Positions 40,659 through 53,255 of a stretch of DNA of 64,000 nucleotides are shown piece by piece. The stretch's first letter is position 1. Every line of letters starts with the position of its first letter. The position numbers and the translations under genes were made by a program. The notes under the pieces were generated by a model. The model was not told the DNA's origin and searched no databases. It saw only the letters and a program-made list of their open reading frames with translations. The stretch is from Raillietiella orientalis (lineage: Eukaryota). The stretch spans positions 1,364,001 to 1,428,000 of the forward strand of contig JAYWIR010000036.1 in assembly GCA_036172245.1 (NCBI GenBank). Reading direction: 5' to 3'.

Positions 40659-41803
40659 TTTCGCCTGACATCTCGGGAAGAGCACGTCGGCATGCCACTT
40701 CGGAAGTCAAAGCGAAGACTGGTCAACACGAGATATGTTTTGATTGTAAAACCCGCTATGCTACAATGGAAATACATTTTCAATCGTTCCGATGCAAAGA
40801 TGGTGAAACGAAAAACCCACTGCGCTTATACATAAGTAAAATAAGGAGTCGATTACGTACGAGTACCATCTTTCATGAAGTGCAACAGCGTGTATACGTA
40901 TACGTCCGTACTGTTTTTTCGGCTGCTGTGGACGTTTCACCCGACAAGTTCAAACGCCTTCTTGTACCAGATATTTGGAGACTCTTCAAGCTTACAAACA
41001 GAGATGGATGCCAATAAAAGTACGGTGAACATATGAAAAAAACGCCCGTTTAGTCTTTTTCATGCAAACGTTTGTGCTGGTTTTGCTGGCTTCAGCCCGC
41101 ACGCATGCATACGGATACTATCATTGCATTATACAAATAATTCTGAAATGTACACATAGGCGTCGTAAATACAGCCAAGCAGGACGGTATCCCTGGACGG
41201 TCAACAAGGAAGTACTGAAGCAAAGGACTAATTCGATCCTGACATGAACGAAGATGGAATTCATTTGCAGCTGAGTCCAAACGTTTCCCTGCCTGAATGA
41301 GGGGGAAGGGGGAAGTCGCACGCAGATTGTGCGCGTACCAGCATCCGGAAAACCGTGGCGAACCGGAACGGATAGAAAAATGGGGTATACAAGATGATGG
41401 TCGCAGGAACCCATGAGCAGTCCGGCTGTCTTGAACTCGCCCACGGAGCAGCAAAAACAAAAACAAAAACAAAGCAGTCCGGCTGTCGGGTGGCTACTCG
41501 GGTGGTTCCCGCAGGACAAAGAAATCATCCGTCTCTCCCGCTTCTTTTGCGGGCTCCGAATTCTCGCAGTAGAGTTTCAGTTCTCTCGAGATTGCGCCCT
41601 CAAAGCCTTCCCGGGATTCGGCCCGATCAGTCCGTCCATTTTTATATCTGTTCGGCTAGCTGAGTACCCACGCGATGCAATGCCTCGGGCGTCGAGTGGT
41701 TCTAGTGATGAGGCTGCTGCTGCACCTCGAAGAAAGCCCAAGTGCTCGTCCAGGTTACTCACGACTTCGTATGCAACACGACGACGGCATCCTGGGGCGC
41801 CCA

Positions 41804-41862
41804 CCTCTTTTGTCTTCGCAACGTGTCACCGAGATGGTGACACGCTGCGAAGACAAAAGAGG
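41804..41862. repeat. 27-bp stem / 5-nt loop hairpin with one mismatch
   Basis: cctcttttgtcttcgcaacgtgtcacc-gagat-ggtgacacgctgcgaagacaaaagagg. Confidence 0.9.
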
Positions 41863-44142
41863 ACCGGCAAGCATCTTTCGTACATCCTCTTCAGAGGCTT
41901 TCCCTGCAGCAGGGCAGGGTCGCCCCCGTGCCCCCCTCGATAAGCGACCGAAGAGAACCGCTTCGGCCTTGTAGACCCGAGATACTGCTTCTCGCGACAC
42001 CAGGCGAAGCCGCTCTGAAGGAAAAAGATGACGACTGCCGCCCTTGTCTGTCACGGCTATCGGGGTTGCGTGTGCTCAGCATCGGAAACCGTTATGAGGC
42101 ACCCACGGACCCGGCGGATATACGGCCGGAAAAAGGTGGCAGGTTTTGATGTGCGTCAAGGTGTCCATTTTTTGGACCATTCCCTCCCGCTCCACAATGG
42201 GGGTCTTCTTGTTCCGCCATCTTCAAGTAGCGTCTACGCGACTTGTGCCTTCAAGGAGAGCTCTTGAAGGTGCTTATGGACTCTTCCTGGATAGCCACGC
42301 ATTTCATTAGACTCTCTCTAAGGCTTCGTTGCACTCAAGTCAGCACTTTGCGTGCTAAGGCTCGTGTCTGAGATGTGCACTTTGAAAATGCCACGCACCG
42401 TACAGGATTGGTCGACAAGCAAAAGGAACACTTCTGTCTGCACGTCTCGCACGCACACTTGAATGATCGTGATCACATGTAGCACACATTACTCTGAAGT
42501 TTTTCGGAAATCCAGGCAAATGATTTATCATTTTATAATGAAACGAAGACTGAAACAACCTTCACAATGGGCTCATCAATAGGATGGTACCACTGGAAGA
42601 CACACTGATGCCAAATAGGAAGACAGGATTCCGCGTTTATAATACAGACAAGCACTGTGCACAGTCTCACAAGTTGCACGATGCAATAAGTACGTCCTTT
42701 TTTTGGAAAGGTGAAGGGAACTTTTCACGTTCCCTTGGTGCATCTACTTTCGACTCTCCGTGCTCTTCCAGCATTTGTTTCTTGTATTACTGTGAATCCA
42801 AAGCACGCGATGCACATGGAACCACAAACACTGCACGAAATCACCTGCTTTCGCTAAGAGGACCAGGCGTTAATAGAAGTCAGGAAAACATAACCTTTGG
42901 CTGAACTCGAATAAGAAAGTAAAGTAATTCTCTATTCTACTTTGTCTATTAGATTTCATTCTTCATTTGTGGGACGATCAGTAAGAAGATTCGCCGTTTT
43001 CCTTACTACGGTTCAAAAATAAGAAACGAATGCAAAGCCACAATTTGGCGCGTCGAAACCGAGCATGCTTTATTTATTTTTTTCTTTCTTTCTAACTTTC
43101 ATGCATTTATGCTTCAGCGGTGCAATGGCAAGCGACCGCATCCTAGTTTCATGCTTTCTGTACAGATGATCAAGCTTTACTGCCGTTCCCAGAGGGCAGG
43201 GGCATCGTAAGACAGAATTCCCAAGCTCCATTCAACTATGCAATACTTGTAAAGCTTAGATTTGTTAGCTGCAAGTCCACACCATACTGTGAACCAGTGT
43301 TACCAGTCTCGATTACACTCATCCAGTTACAAAATCAACTAACCTCAAGCGAAGAGATTACCAAGGGAAAAACTTTGAAATATTACTCCATCCGCTAATG
43401 AACGACATGCACACATGCAAAACACGATTGACCAATGCAGGCAAATTGTGCCGTTACTGACTGCGTATTCGCGAGCAACAAAGATTATCAAAAGTCTCCA
43501 AGAGGGTCGTTGTAGTTTCAGTGTCACCTAAGGGGATGTAAGAAACATTCGAAGGAAACTGAATAGCAATCCGAATTAAAAGACGATTTTGAACTCCCCC
43601 TGACACAGTTCGAATTCAAGGTGTTTTAAACGTACACCGTTAGGGTAGCGTGACCCCGTTAGAATGTTGTTCAGGATCCCGTGCTACAAACTAATCTTTG
43701 AATACCGAGCGGTTTTCAATGCTCGTGGTTGAGGACTCACGAGCAGAAAACGAATTTATCGACTTTATATCAGCTGTCTTCACAGAATTCTTTTTCCAAC
43801 TCAACGCGGACGCACCTACAGGCCAACTCTTGGGCTAACAAAGCATTTGGATGATAAACCAGAACTTCCAAGGAGAGAGATTCGGAAACCTTTTCCTCAG
43901 ACTTGATATATTCGAGCATCCCTGACTACAGATTAGTCCTGGTGCAGTGTTCTGGAAGCGTAAATGTGGTTTGCCCGATTACACGTGATCTGCTCAAAGT
44001 GCAATGTACTGTACTCTTACAAAGTATTTTTATTGACAAAAACCTTTGATCAGGGGTGTCTGGCAACACGTGCTGCGCAGTTGTAATTTCAAAAATCCAA
44101 AGTACAACAGATTTCTAAAATGAAATTCAGTAACACCAGTTT

Positions 44143-44148
44143 TTTATT
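44143..44148 (-). promoter_or_regulatory. Polyadenylation signal AATAAA of SARNP
   Basis: tttatt on the plus strand, about 10 nt beyond the SARNP stop codon (44159-44161). Confidence 0.55.
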
Positions 44149-44158
44149 TAAACCATGA

Positions 44159-47100
44159 TCACGAATTGAATCTTTTTGCTCTTCTTAATTTTTCTTCTTC
44201 TGTCATGTGACTGACTTGTGATGAAAACCGTTTTAACCTCTGGCTTAGTTTATCTTTCTCTTCACTTATTCCAAATCTTTCTTGTCTTTTTTTAAGTTTT
44301 GAGTACTCCTGAAGTGAAAACAAAAAGGTGTCAAAATGGAAGTTGCTTGAACTGCTTTTACTAGTACATCAATAGCATCATAAGTGGAATGATCAAAACA
44401 AAAAGCAAGATACCACCCCATGTAAACCTCATTATTAGGTAAAGTAATAATACAAGCATTATCAGTAAAAGTACTTTTTTTCCGGATTAACTGAAATACA
44501 ATAGACATTAGAAAAAATCTACCCATAGTTTCAAATTTATGAGCAGAAAAACGGATCAACAACTCGTTATTTAGCAAATGTGAACCAAAAGAAATGTGAT
44601 CCCAAAGACTTATACAAAGAAAATACATACCAGAGCGAAAGAATCCTTGATTCCAAATCGTAGCGCCCGTTGCCTTAGTTTTTCATCATCCAAGGTTGTA
44701 GCCTGCATAAGAATAACACGTTAAACACTCCAGAGTACCTCCAAAATAAGGTACTTTAAGAAACTGCAGCTTGCAAAGCAAAAGAAGTGCTCGAAACTCG
44801 TTTCAAACAGATTCACAAAATATCATGTTTAGATATAGATTTACGTTATTAGAAAACAAATAATGATCTTTTGAATAAACAAGGATTTATGCAGTCAGTT
44901 TTATGGCAATTCAAACTATGGAATCCATTACTGGGAACATTGGATTGGGTTTTGCGATGCACACACGCACAAGAATACGGGAAATCATTTCTACGAAAAT
45001 AAAAGACATTTCTTAAATCTTGGTTGTAGGCATTCAAACTTTCGTTGAAATTCAACTCGATTTTCTCATGATCCGGAATACTGTAAGGCTACCAACCGCA
45101 TGCAAAGTTCCAAAATCTGAGAAGGGGAAGATTCGATACAGGAAGAGATCACGGGTTGGGAAAACAGCATTTGAAGTATAAACCACACGTGAAAAAGTGA
45201 ATGGGGAAAAAGGTACCAATCTAACAAATTCTTACGAGCTCAATAAATTACAGTTAGGGGAAAAAAAAAAATAAAAAAAAAAGAGGCCGCTCATATTTGA
45301 ATTTACTCCATGTGATACTGAATGAAGATGAATGTTTTCATGCAATAGATACATTACTTTTTCCCTTTTCGAAAAACAGCGAAGAAACATTTTGCGCATG
45401 CAATTTATTTATAATAATTACATATGGAGTAAAATTCTCAGTCACATATTACAATAATGCATTGCAACTTAATCTTACATCAGCCATCTAAAGAATTTTA
45501 AGACACCAATTATTTCTTGAGTTGATCTTTAACTTCAGAAACTGATAATTTGAAGCGAAGTTATTGAAGTTAAAATTCCCTTCAAAAACAAATTTCAAAT
45601 GAATCAGATTCCATACACTTGTCATTCACATACATCTCAAAATGATGAGGTCTATCGTTTTATAAAGTTTTTCAAGATGAAAATGTGCATTAAGTTTTAG
45701 TTTACTTTATATGATATATATCATCGCAACATGCAAGCTTTTTAAACATTATGCACAACATGAATCTTTTAACTGCACAGAATTTTAAATGTCAGTAAAA
45801 CAAATGACAATCAAAACAAAAAGGTGTGTGTACCTTTGCAGCATCATTATGACCAAAACGTTGTGCTCTTTCATTTTTACGCAATTCTTCAGATGAAACA
45901 GTGTTGAAACGTTTGGCTCTCATCTGCAGGCGCTATAAACAATATTTCAAAATTTAGCAAAAGCAATACATGGAAATTATGTAGGCAAAATAAATATGGG
46001 GAAATTAACCAGAATCAGTAAATGTCTCAATTCATGAATCAAAGATAAAAGGAGTGGATTTTGTTCTGTATGAATCAGAACAAGTGTGATCATGACATAC
46101 TGTGAGAATTATCGATACCAATTTTTCAACAATAAATCACTCCAATTGGATTCTTCTCTCCTGTCAAATTATCAATATTAAATAACAAAAACATTTCCTT
46201 CTATCTAAAATAAGAGTGAGAATCTCCAAGAATAAGGTGAAAATCACCATCAGTACAGCACTGTAGACAGTGAGCACTTTCCATTCATGAAGATATATGT
46301 GATCTGTATTTAATAAACAAGATCCTGCTAATGCTGCTAAGTAATCATACTCTACCAAATACGTTTATAAGGATGTACAAATATGTTGCACCTATAAAAT
46401 TCACTGATATTTTTTGCTTTATTAATTTCATATCATTTTGTATCTCTGAGATGGTTAAGTTGGGTAAATGAAGTAAATGAACCTTTGAAGCCTGCCAGAT
46501 CGCAATAAGCATACTACATAAAGAATTATTTCATAAATAACTATGCAACATTTATACACAGCAAGTCTTATTTTTCTACAACCACAAAAGTTCATTCAAC
46601 TTTTTTGTGAGTCCATTAAAAATGATTCGAAATAATCTGCTAAATAAGTTAAATTACAAATCAAAGAAAAAGCTGATGTGGCTCTCATTTTGGTAAAACA
46701 AAAACAGGATTTCATTAAATTACCTCTTCTAGGGTTAATATTGGTTTCTTAGGCAATTCAGTAATTTTACCACTTGTGGATTCTGTAAATTCATTTACTT
46801 TTTCTTGATTTTCTTTCAGAATGTTATTGGATTTTCTGTTTAAAACAATAACTTTTTTTGCAGTTTCTTGCTGATGAATTTTATCAGAAGTAGACACAGA
46901 ATTCATACTAACTGGACTTTTAAAATATGGTGGATTAGGAAGTTTAGCAGTATCTGTGTCTTCCTGAAATGTAATGTAAAAAAAAAAATGAGATGACCCA
47001 CATAAGAACTGACTTGCAAAACTGCATCTTCATCAATTAATTCATCTGCATCTCCATTATTACCATCTTCTAAATCATAGAGGTCAGCTTCATTGTCTTA

Positions 47101-48892
47101 TAAATAATTAGCATGAATTAGACAAAATTGAAATTTCTATCTTTGAGATAATGTATAGCATGAATGTACAATAAACTTTACTTATAAAATGTCATGTATC
47201 ACATCCAAATATATTTGTTCAAAAAGTATTTGCAACCAATAGAATCTCTTTGAAAAACATTCCATCAACATTAAATTTTCAGTAGAATGCATACAAATTA
47301 TAATATCTTCAAAAGCAAAACAGAAATGGTGAACCTGTATTATGTCCTTTTGACAGCTATAGCAAAGCTGGCAAACATATCAGGCCAATTTTCATTGTAT
47401 TTTTTAATGAATACCTGAATATACACTTTAACTTACAGATTGACCCAATCATGACCACTAACATAATACCAATTTTTTGTAATTGGGAGTTACAAAAATT
47501 TGCTAATATTCATCAATAATCCCATATATCTAAAATGTTCTAAAAAAGAATACAAATCTAAAATCATAGTTACCATGATAGATGGAACCTACTTAGAAGA
47601 AAGATGATATTGATATTTCTGGAAATTGCAATAAACAAGTGAATTTTCAAGTAACATCTCACATTCACACCTTACAGTACAGACCTGATGTATATTTTAT
47701 ACAGAATAATTCTCCAAGTTTTTCAAGCACACCAATAAATACGGTATAAATACCAATCTCATATATACCAATAAATGTATAAATTCGATGCCATTATTTT
47801 TCTTTCAAAGATTTACTTGAAGTGAAACAGGGATCAAAATTCATTTATAAAGAATGTTTCAATAGTTAAGAAAAAAATAATCCTATAGATCTTTGAATGA
47901 AGCCATATAATCCAATACATCAATAAATAGCATGTATTTTATGTTGCAAATAGCCATAACAGGCAGATCCTACATCTTGGTTTAGAATTGAAATCTTTTC
48001 GGGCAAAGCTTCAATCATATAATAACTTCATCCTACATGTAAAAACTAAGCAAAAATTTTTTTTTTCTCATTTAATCAAACAATACACATTGTGAATTAT
48101 CATGGTTTCCATACAAACCCATAGTTATAAATCCGGAAGCATTTAAAACATTGGAATAGAATTAAGTACTAAAGCAATTCTGATTTATAGAATTTTAATC
48201 ACCCACAGAATACTGCCATTTTCTGGCTTTTCTAGCACTATGATGTGCAAGTCAAACATATCAAACTACATGCATTGCATTGCATAGAATGCACATGCAA
48301 TGCTTTGTGAAACTTTATAAAAATCAGATACTTAAAATCTTTGATTCATACCAAATCTGAGTGCTTCTTGCAATCTTTCTATCAACTCTGTTTTGTTTCC
48401 AACACAACTCAAGCCTCTTACTTTGAGTTCACGCTTCAAGTCTGCCACCTAAAGGAACATAACAACATCAATAAACAAGGACATACCAGTAAAATTGCTA
48501 AGAATTATCTTAGGCCACATTTGTATCTACTTTCAGAAGACAAATTAAAATTTATAATATAAACGATTTTATGTGAATACAAAGAAAAATACAAAGTAAC
48601 TGCGATATGAACATATACCAATTAATAAACACATGTCCACTTATACACACGATAAATTACGCATCAACGATTTATTTTAAAAAAATTCAGCATTCACTTC
48701 TGATAGTTCACAACTGCATCTCATTAGATATTTGATGTAAATACCAGTCACATAATTCCCTTAAAACAATTATAAAACAGATTACACATGAAATTATAAT
48801 GCACACAATAAAAATGAAGTAAGAGAACAGGAGCATTAAAGGCACATCACCTTCATTTTGGTAACGTCTATTTCAATCCCACTTTCATCCAT
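44159..48892 (-). CDS. SARNP: SAP domain-containing ribonucleoprotein (SARNP/CIP29/Tho1 family, TREX-associated mRNA export factor), 7 coding exons, 260 aa
   Basis: Exons 48851-48892, 48352-48448, 47014-47096, 46724-46963, 45834-45932, 44631-44702, 44159-44308 (783 nt, GT-AG, in phase). The N-terminal SAP domain reads DVTKMKVADLKRELKVRGLSCVGNKTELIERLQEAL. An acidic linker follows, then C-terminal tandem RxxRF motifs (RAKRF, RAQRF, RALRF, RQERF, RLKRF, RAKRF). Confidence 0.92.
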
Positions 48893-50456
48893 ATTTATAA
48901 AAAAGGAAAGCAACCAATTGTATTAAATTAGACAATGAAACGTAAGCACACTATAATACGTCTTCGTTTACATTCACAATTATTTCTGCATTTGTTTCTT
49001 CAGCAACCCAGTTTATTCATCACTACTTTCCCAAGTTTTCAACTGAGATACACAAACAACAGATACTAAGCTGTTCAGCGTTACCATATTCAAGCAAATG
49101 AAAAAGTAAAATTTTTAAAGGAAATCATCTGAATTTAGGATTGCTTTTTAATTGCGGATAAGGAAAAATGCTTGTTTATTAGTACAAATAAGAAATCAAA
49201 TAAGGAAATGTGAAGACAACTTTTTTTGTCTCATTTGTATAACAGCTACCCAGAGAGCTCTATCAGAATGAAGCAATGTGATACATAAATTGATAGACTC
49301 TGAAATAAATATCAGTCATTGATCAAAGATACACAATTCTTCATTAAAATTACAAATAAATCAAGATTGACAGTTTTGTGGAAAACAAATTTAAGGATAA
49401 CTTAGACAACTAAGTCTTATGATTATATATTCACCATAATTCGCATTGTCGTCAAAAGGAAGTAGATCTGCGTATAAAACTATAAGAATTAAGATGAAAG
49501 TTTGACAATGATTTACATAACTTGACATTTAGTGTAGAAAATTCATTTGAAGAAAAGCAACAGAACTTTTTTACAAAATATTTGCGCCGCTAAAGAAAAA
49601 TAAGAGAATGTCAACATGTAAAACCCCAAAATAAGGGGTTCAGTTTCATTCGCTTTCAAAGAAATGTGCATGCACTCGGCAGACTACTTTGCATTCATTC
49701 TGGTTGGGATTTAAAGCCTTTCCCCTTTTTTTTCTTTTCGTGTTTTGCAAAAGACATATTAAAAAAATCATAACATTTTCGTTCTTTGTGAAGTTTTCGA
49801 AACTCCGTCTTCAGACTTTAGCACAATTCTGTATGGTTTCTCCACGAATTTCAATTTCTTAATAAAAATGATTTGTTAGTCTTTACAAGTGCTCTAGATG
49901 CAGGGGTGTATTTGTTTGGAGGCCAGGAACCAAGGAATTTCGGTGTTTCGGATAATCACTAATAAATGCAGCTCTAATAATGCTTGTAATTTCGAAGCAT
50001 TCCGATGGTAAGACTCTAGAAGTCTAGCCAAAGATTACAACATTCAAGTCTGTCCTCTTATGTGATGAGGAAACTGAATAATGATATCCCAGTAGGGCTC
50101 TTTGCAAAATAAATACGTTAAATAAAAAGGACTCACTAAATAAGAGTATCAATAGATTCTACAGAGAATCATATATCAAAAAATGAGGATCATAAAGATC
50201 AATTCAAAAAGAAAGCATTTCGTAAATGTCAGAAAGTGTGCGTGTGCTCGTAAGGACACCATGCACGCGTGGGTGCACGGCTCCCATGTGCAGGTTCCCA
50301 TGATGGCTCCGCTCTCCTGAAACTGCGCTTAGAGGATGATAATTAAAATTTCGAGAATTGGAAATGGAATAAATGGAGTAGCGGCATGGATGAGAAGTTT
50401 TCTTAGGCAAAGCTTTACCAAGAATGACACTCTTATTCTTCAGCTGTAGTTTTATT

Positions 50457-50810
50457 CTAAGAGCTCTTCAAAAACAAAGCGAGGCAGATTACATAAGCAT
50501 AATCAGCAAAAATAGGATCTTCATTAAAAAACTGGGTCATCAAGTAGTTCACAAAGTTGTCCTGAGACCTGTACTTTCGGGACAAGCCTCCCACTGTTGA
50601 CAGACCTTTTTCTATGAACTTATTGGCTATGGTCACACCAACAGCAGGAACTGTATGAATGTCATCCCTTGCTTTCCCTTCCTTTATGAATTTGGCGAAT
50701 TTCTTCGAATTCAACAAAATGGAAAGTCGTTTTGTCACGGCTTCTCGAGGAAGAACACCTTCAAGTTCGGGGTAATTTTTAAATATCCTGGCGACTCGTT
50801 TTCGCGGCAT
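50457..50810 (-). CDS. Divergent BAF-like helix-hairpin-helix protein, copy A (117 aa from MPRKR)
   Basis: LLNSKKFAKFIKEGKARDDIHTVPAVGVTIANKFIEKGLSTVGGL aligns without gaps to BAF [44 protein letters not shown] follows the TAG immediately (50451-50456). The start is chosen by analogy to copy B (MPKR...). The ORF stays open upstream to 51182 and includes another in-frame ATG. Confidence 0.72.
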   Translation of the reverse strand: MPRKRVARIFKNYPELEGVLPREAVTKRLSILLNSKKFAKFIKEGKARDDIHTVPAVGVTIANKFIEKGLSTVGGLSRKYRSQDNFVNYLMTQFFNEDPIFADYAYVICLALFLKSS

Positions 50811-52536
50811 CTCTGCGTCGATCGTTGGTGGATCTGTAAGGACGAGGGTCTTCCGGCTTCCAGGGATGATCGCGCGTGCCCTGCTGGCGGTGGCTGCTGC
50901 CGCGTCTTGGAAGTGAAGGGTCGGAAAGGCGGCTGGAGGAGCCCCGGATGGAAGGGTGAGGAGGAGAAGAAACTCGAACGAAGATGAAGTCGAGAGGTGA
51001 TTGTGGACGTTGCCTTGGTGATACCTTAAGGGGGAGGTCTCGAGGCCAATCGACGCCGCTGCGTCGTCACCGTGGGGTGTGGAACACCCCATAGGACCCT
51101 CCTCACCGGGAAGCGTAGCCGCGGCGCGTCTCGGCAGGTCTCTTTGTGGATCGGCGGGAATCCGTGGCCGGGGAGCTGGCAAGGAAAGGGATTCCGCGCG
51201 GATTCAGCTGCTGAACGCGCCTCTCGCCTGGGGTTCGCTCCAGCTGCGCGCGCAATGGACGACTGCGATTCGAGCGCTGCCTGGCGTGAGCCGAGAAAGG
51301 CCACCTGGAAAGAGACTCCGGTTCTCGCCGACAAGGGGAGGAGGTACCCGTGTATAGGGGTGGCGGAGCAGTTGCACCACAGCTTTTTTATTGAAAAGGT
51401 GTTGCCTTTCTGCGAGCGCGCTCACGGTTCAGCCGCTTTGCACGGGGCGCGCGACCATTCTTCTCCTTCGCGAGGAAGCGTTCTCTGCTTTTGGTCCCAC
51501 AACTTCATCGCCTGGAACACGGCCTCTATGTTGTCCTGGTAGCTCTTGCTTCGGTTGAGAACGTAGTCCCGAAGAATCTCCTCGAAGTCCTGCTTGCTTT
51601 CGTTGCACTCCAGGTACAGGGAGTGCAAGTTGTCCACAGTGAGGTAGGACGCCTGGCGCAGCTGGTCGGCGAAGCTGAAGCCGACACCCGGTATCTTCTG
51701 CACGCCGTCGTACCACTGCACGTTGCTGAGGAAGTCCTGGAACTTCTCGGAGCTCAGCAGTCGGAAGAGCTTAGGGGAGATCTTGGGGGGGAGCGGCGCC
51801 TGCAGCGTGCACTCCAGGTCGTGCAGCACCTTCGATCCCTGCCAGGCTTCTCGCTTGGGCATGCTGGCCAGGCGCGCCGGGCTCAGGGGTCAGGAGGTCT
51901 GGTCGCGCGGGGGAGAGAAGGGGTGAGGCGCAGAAGGCGCCGGTGGGAGAGAGAGAAGGAGTATCGGGACGGGATAGCCGGTGAGCGGGAATTTTTTTTC
52001 ACCTTCCGCTCGAGGGAAGCGGAAATTTGACGATCGATGCTTCCAACAAAACTGGCACGTTTCCTGGGAGACCGTCTGTTTCTTTTCCTCTCTTCCGGAG
52101 GGGAGAGGGGCGAGGCCGCTGATGCCCGCGCGCAAGCCCTCATTGAGAAACGCGCGGCGCGTGAGGCGCGTGCCGACGACGACGATGACGAGGCGAGCAC
52201 GGGCTAGAACCAGAGGCTCGCGTGGCTCCTCGCGGGACACTGGCTGCCGCCTCAAACCCGTGAGGCGGCGTTGGCGCCGTGGCGGCAAGGCTGCGGTCGC
52301 CGCGAAGGTTGGCGGAACGTCGCCGGCACGCGCACGAAACGGATGCCCGCTTGCCGCCGCGCTCGATGCGCAGGCGGATGACAGCGTGTTTCGCGAGACG
52401 CGGACCGGTGTTTCCTGGTCTCCTGGACGAGTCGCTCAGCTCCCTTCCAGCACGATGACGAAGGTCGGACGTCTGCGGAGCGCGGTGGCCGCTCGCCGCC
52501 GTGCGCTGCGGCACCCGCGGGAGCTTCACCAACGCG
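50809..52536. repeat. Left arm of a 1728-bp inverted repeat (palindrome arm)
   Basis: Reverse complement of 61765-63492. Line-by-line manual comparison found 25 substitutions and no indels (~98.6% identity). Confidence 0.97.
51422..51862 (-). CDS. Divergent BAF-like protein, copy B (146 aa, single-exon CDS)
   Basis: LSSEKFQDFLSNVQWYDGVQKIPGVGFSFADQL...FEEILRD...VFQAMKLWD shows the BAF-type S-x-K-x-x-x-F, an HhH PGVG hairpin and a terminal M-x-x-W. AATAAA at 51387-51392 on the minus strand. Confidence 0.82.
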   Translation of the reverse strand: MPKREAWQGSKVLHDLECTLQAPLPPKISPKLFRLLSSEKFQDFLSNVQWYDGVQKIPGVGFSFADQLRQASYLTVDNLHSLYLECNESKQDFEEILRDYVLNRSKSYQDNIEAVFQAMKLWDQKQRTLPREGEEWSRAPCKAAEP

Positions 52537-53255
52537 GCTCTCACGGCTCGACCACGTCTCTCGAAACGCGCAACCACACTTCCCTATGCAAGCCGGTCGG
52601 TGAGCATTGTATCGGTGAACTCAGGGACGCGCGCAGGCCATCGTCTCTTGTGTCTGGACGCGGGTGGAGCTGTGACCGACCCCGCGCGACGTCGCTGTCG
52701 TTCGGTTGTCTTTTCGGCGGCATTGGCGACGACCGGTGCGCGGTCGTGACAACTTACATGCGTGCGAAACGGATCATACGCGACGTTTACTTCTCTTCCA
52801 GTTTAATGGCAAACTTGGGATGCTGCACAGCAATGTGTTGCAGCAACTCCGTCGGGTCCATTTAGGGCATCTGGAAGCAAAGTCCGAAACCGCAGAAGCT
52901 TTGTGGGAGTTTAATTTACGATCCGAAAAAAAAAAAGAGATATAAAACCCGAAAGATGAAGAGGAAAATCGGCGACGTTATAACCTCGGAGTGTCTTTTG
53001 CTTCAAATCTTCGATTTCACCAGAATTTTTTTACGTTGCCTGGATCCCAATGTTGGAGTTGAACTTGATTCGTCACCTTGGATACCATTGAAATTTCACC
53101 CACCCGGCAGAATTTTTCCGAACGTCCTCCTTGCCACACGCATTTCCTCCACCTCGCCAACCTTGCATCATCTTGTTTGGAAGGACCAGTAAGTACGCCG
53201 GAGAAATTCCTGCAGCAAAGGTCCTCTTGCCAGGGGTAAAGAAACAGTCAAAGAG

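Noticed and set aside
50811..51182. N-terminal 124 codons of the 241-aa ORF (and its mirror 63119-63514)
   Set aside because: Non-ATG start and low-complexity composition, and the mirror copy ends in a stop before the BAF-like domain. Treated as probable UTR or promoter, though not excluded.
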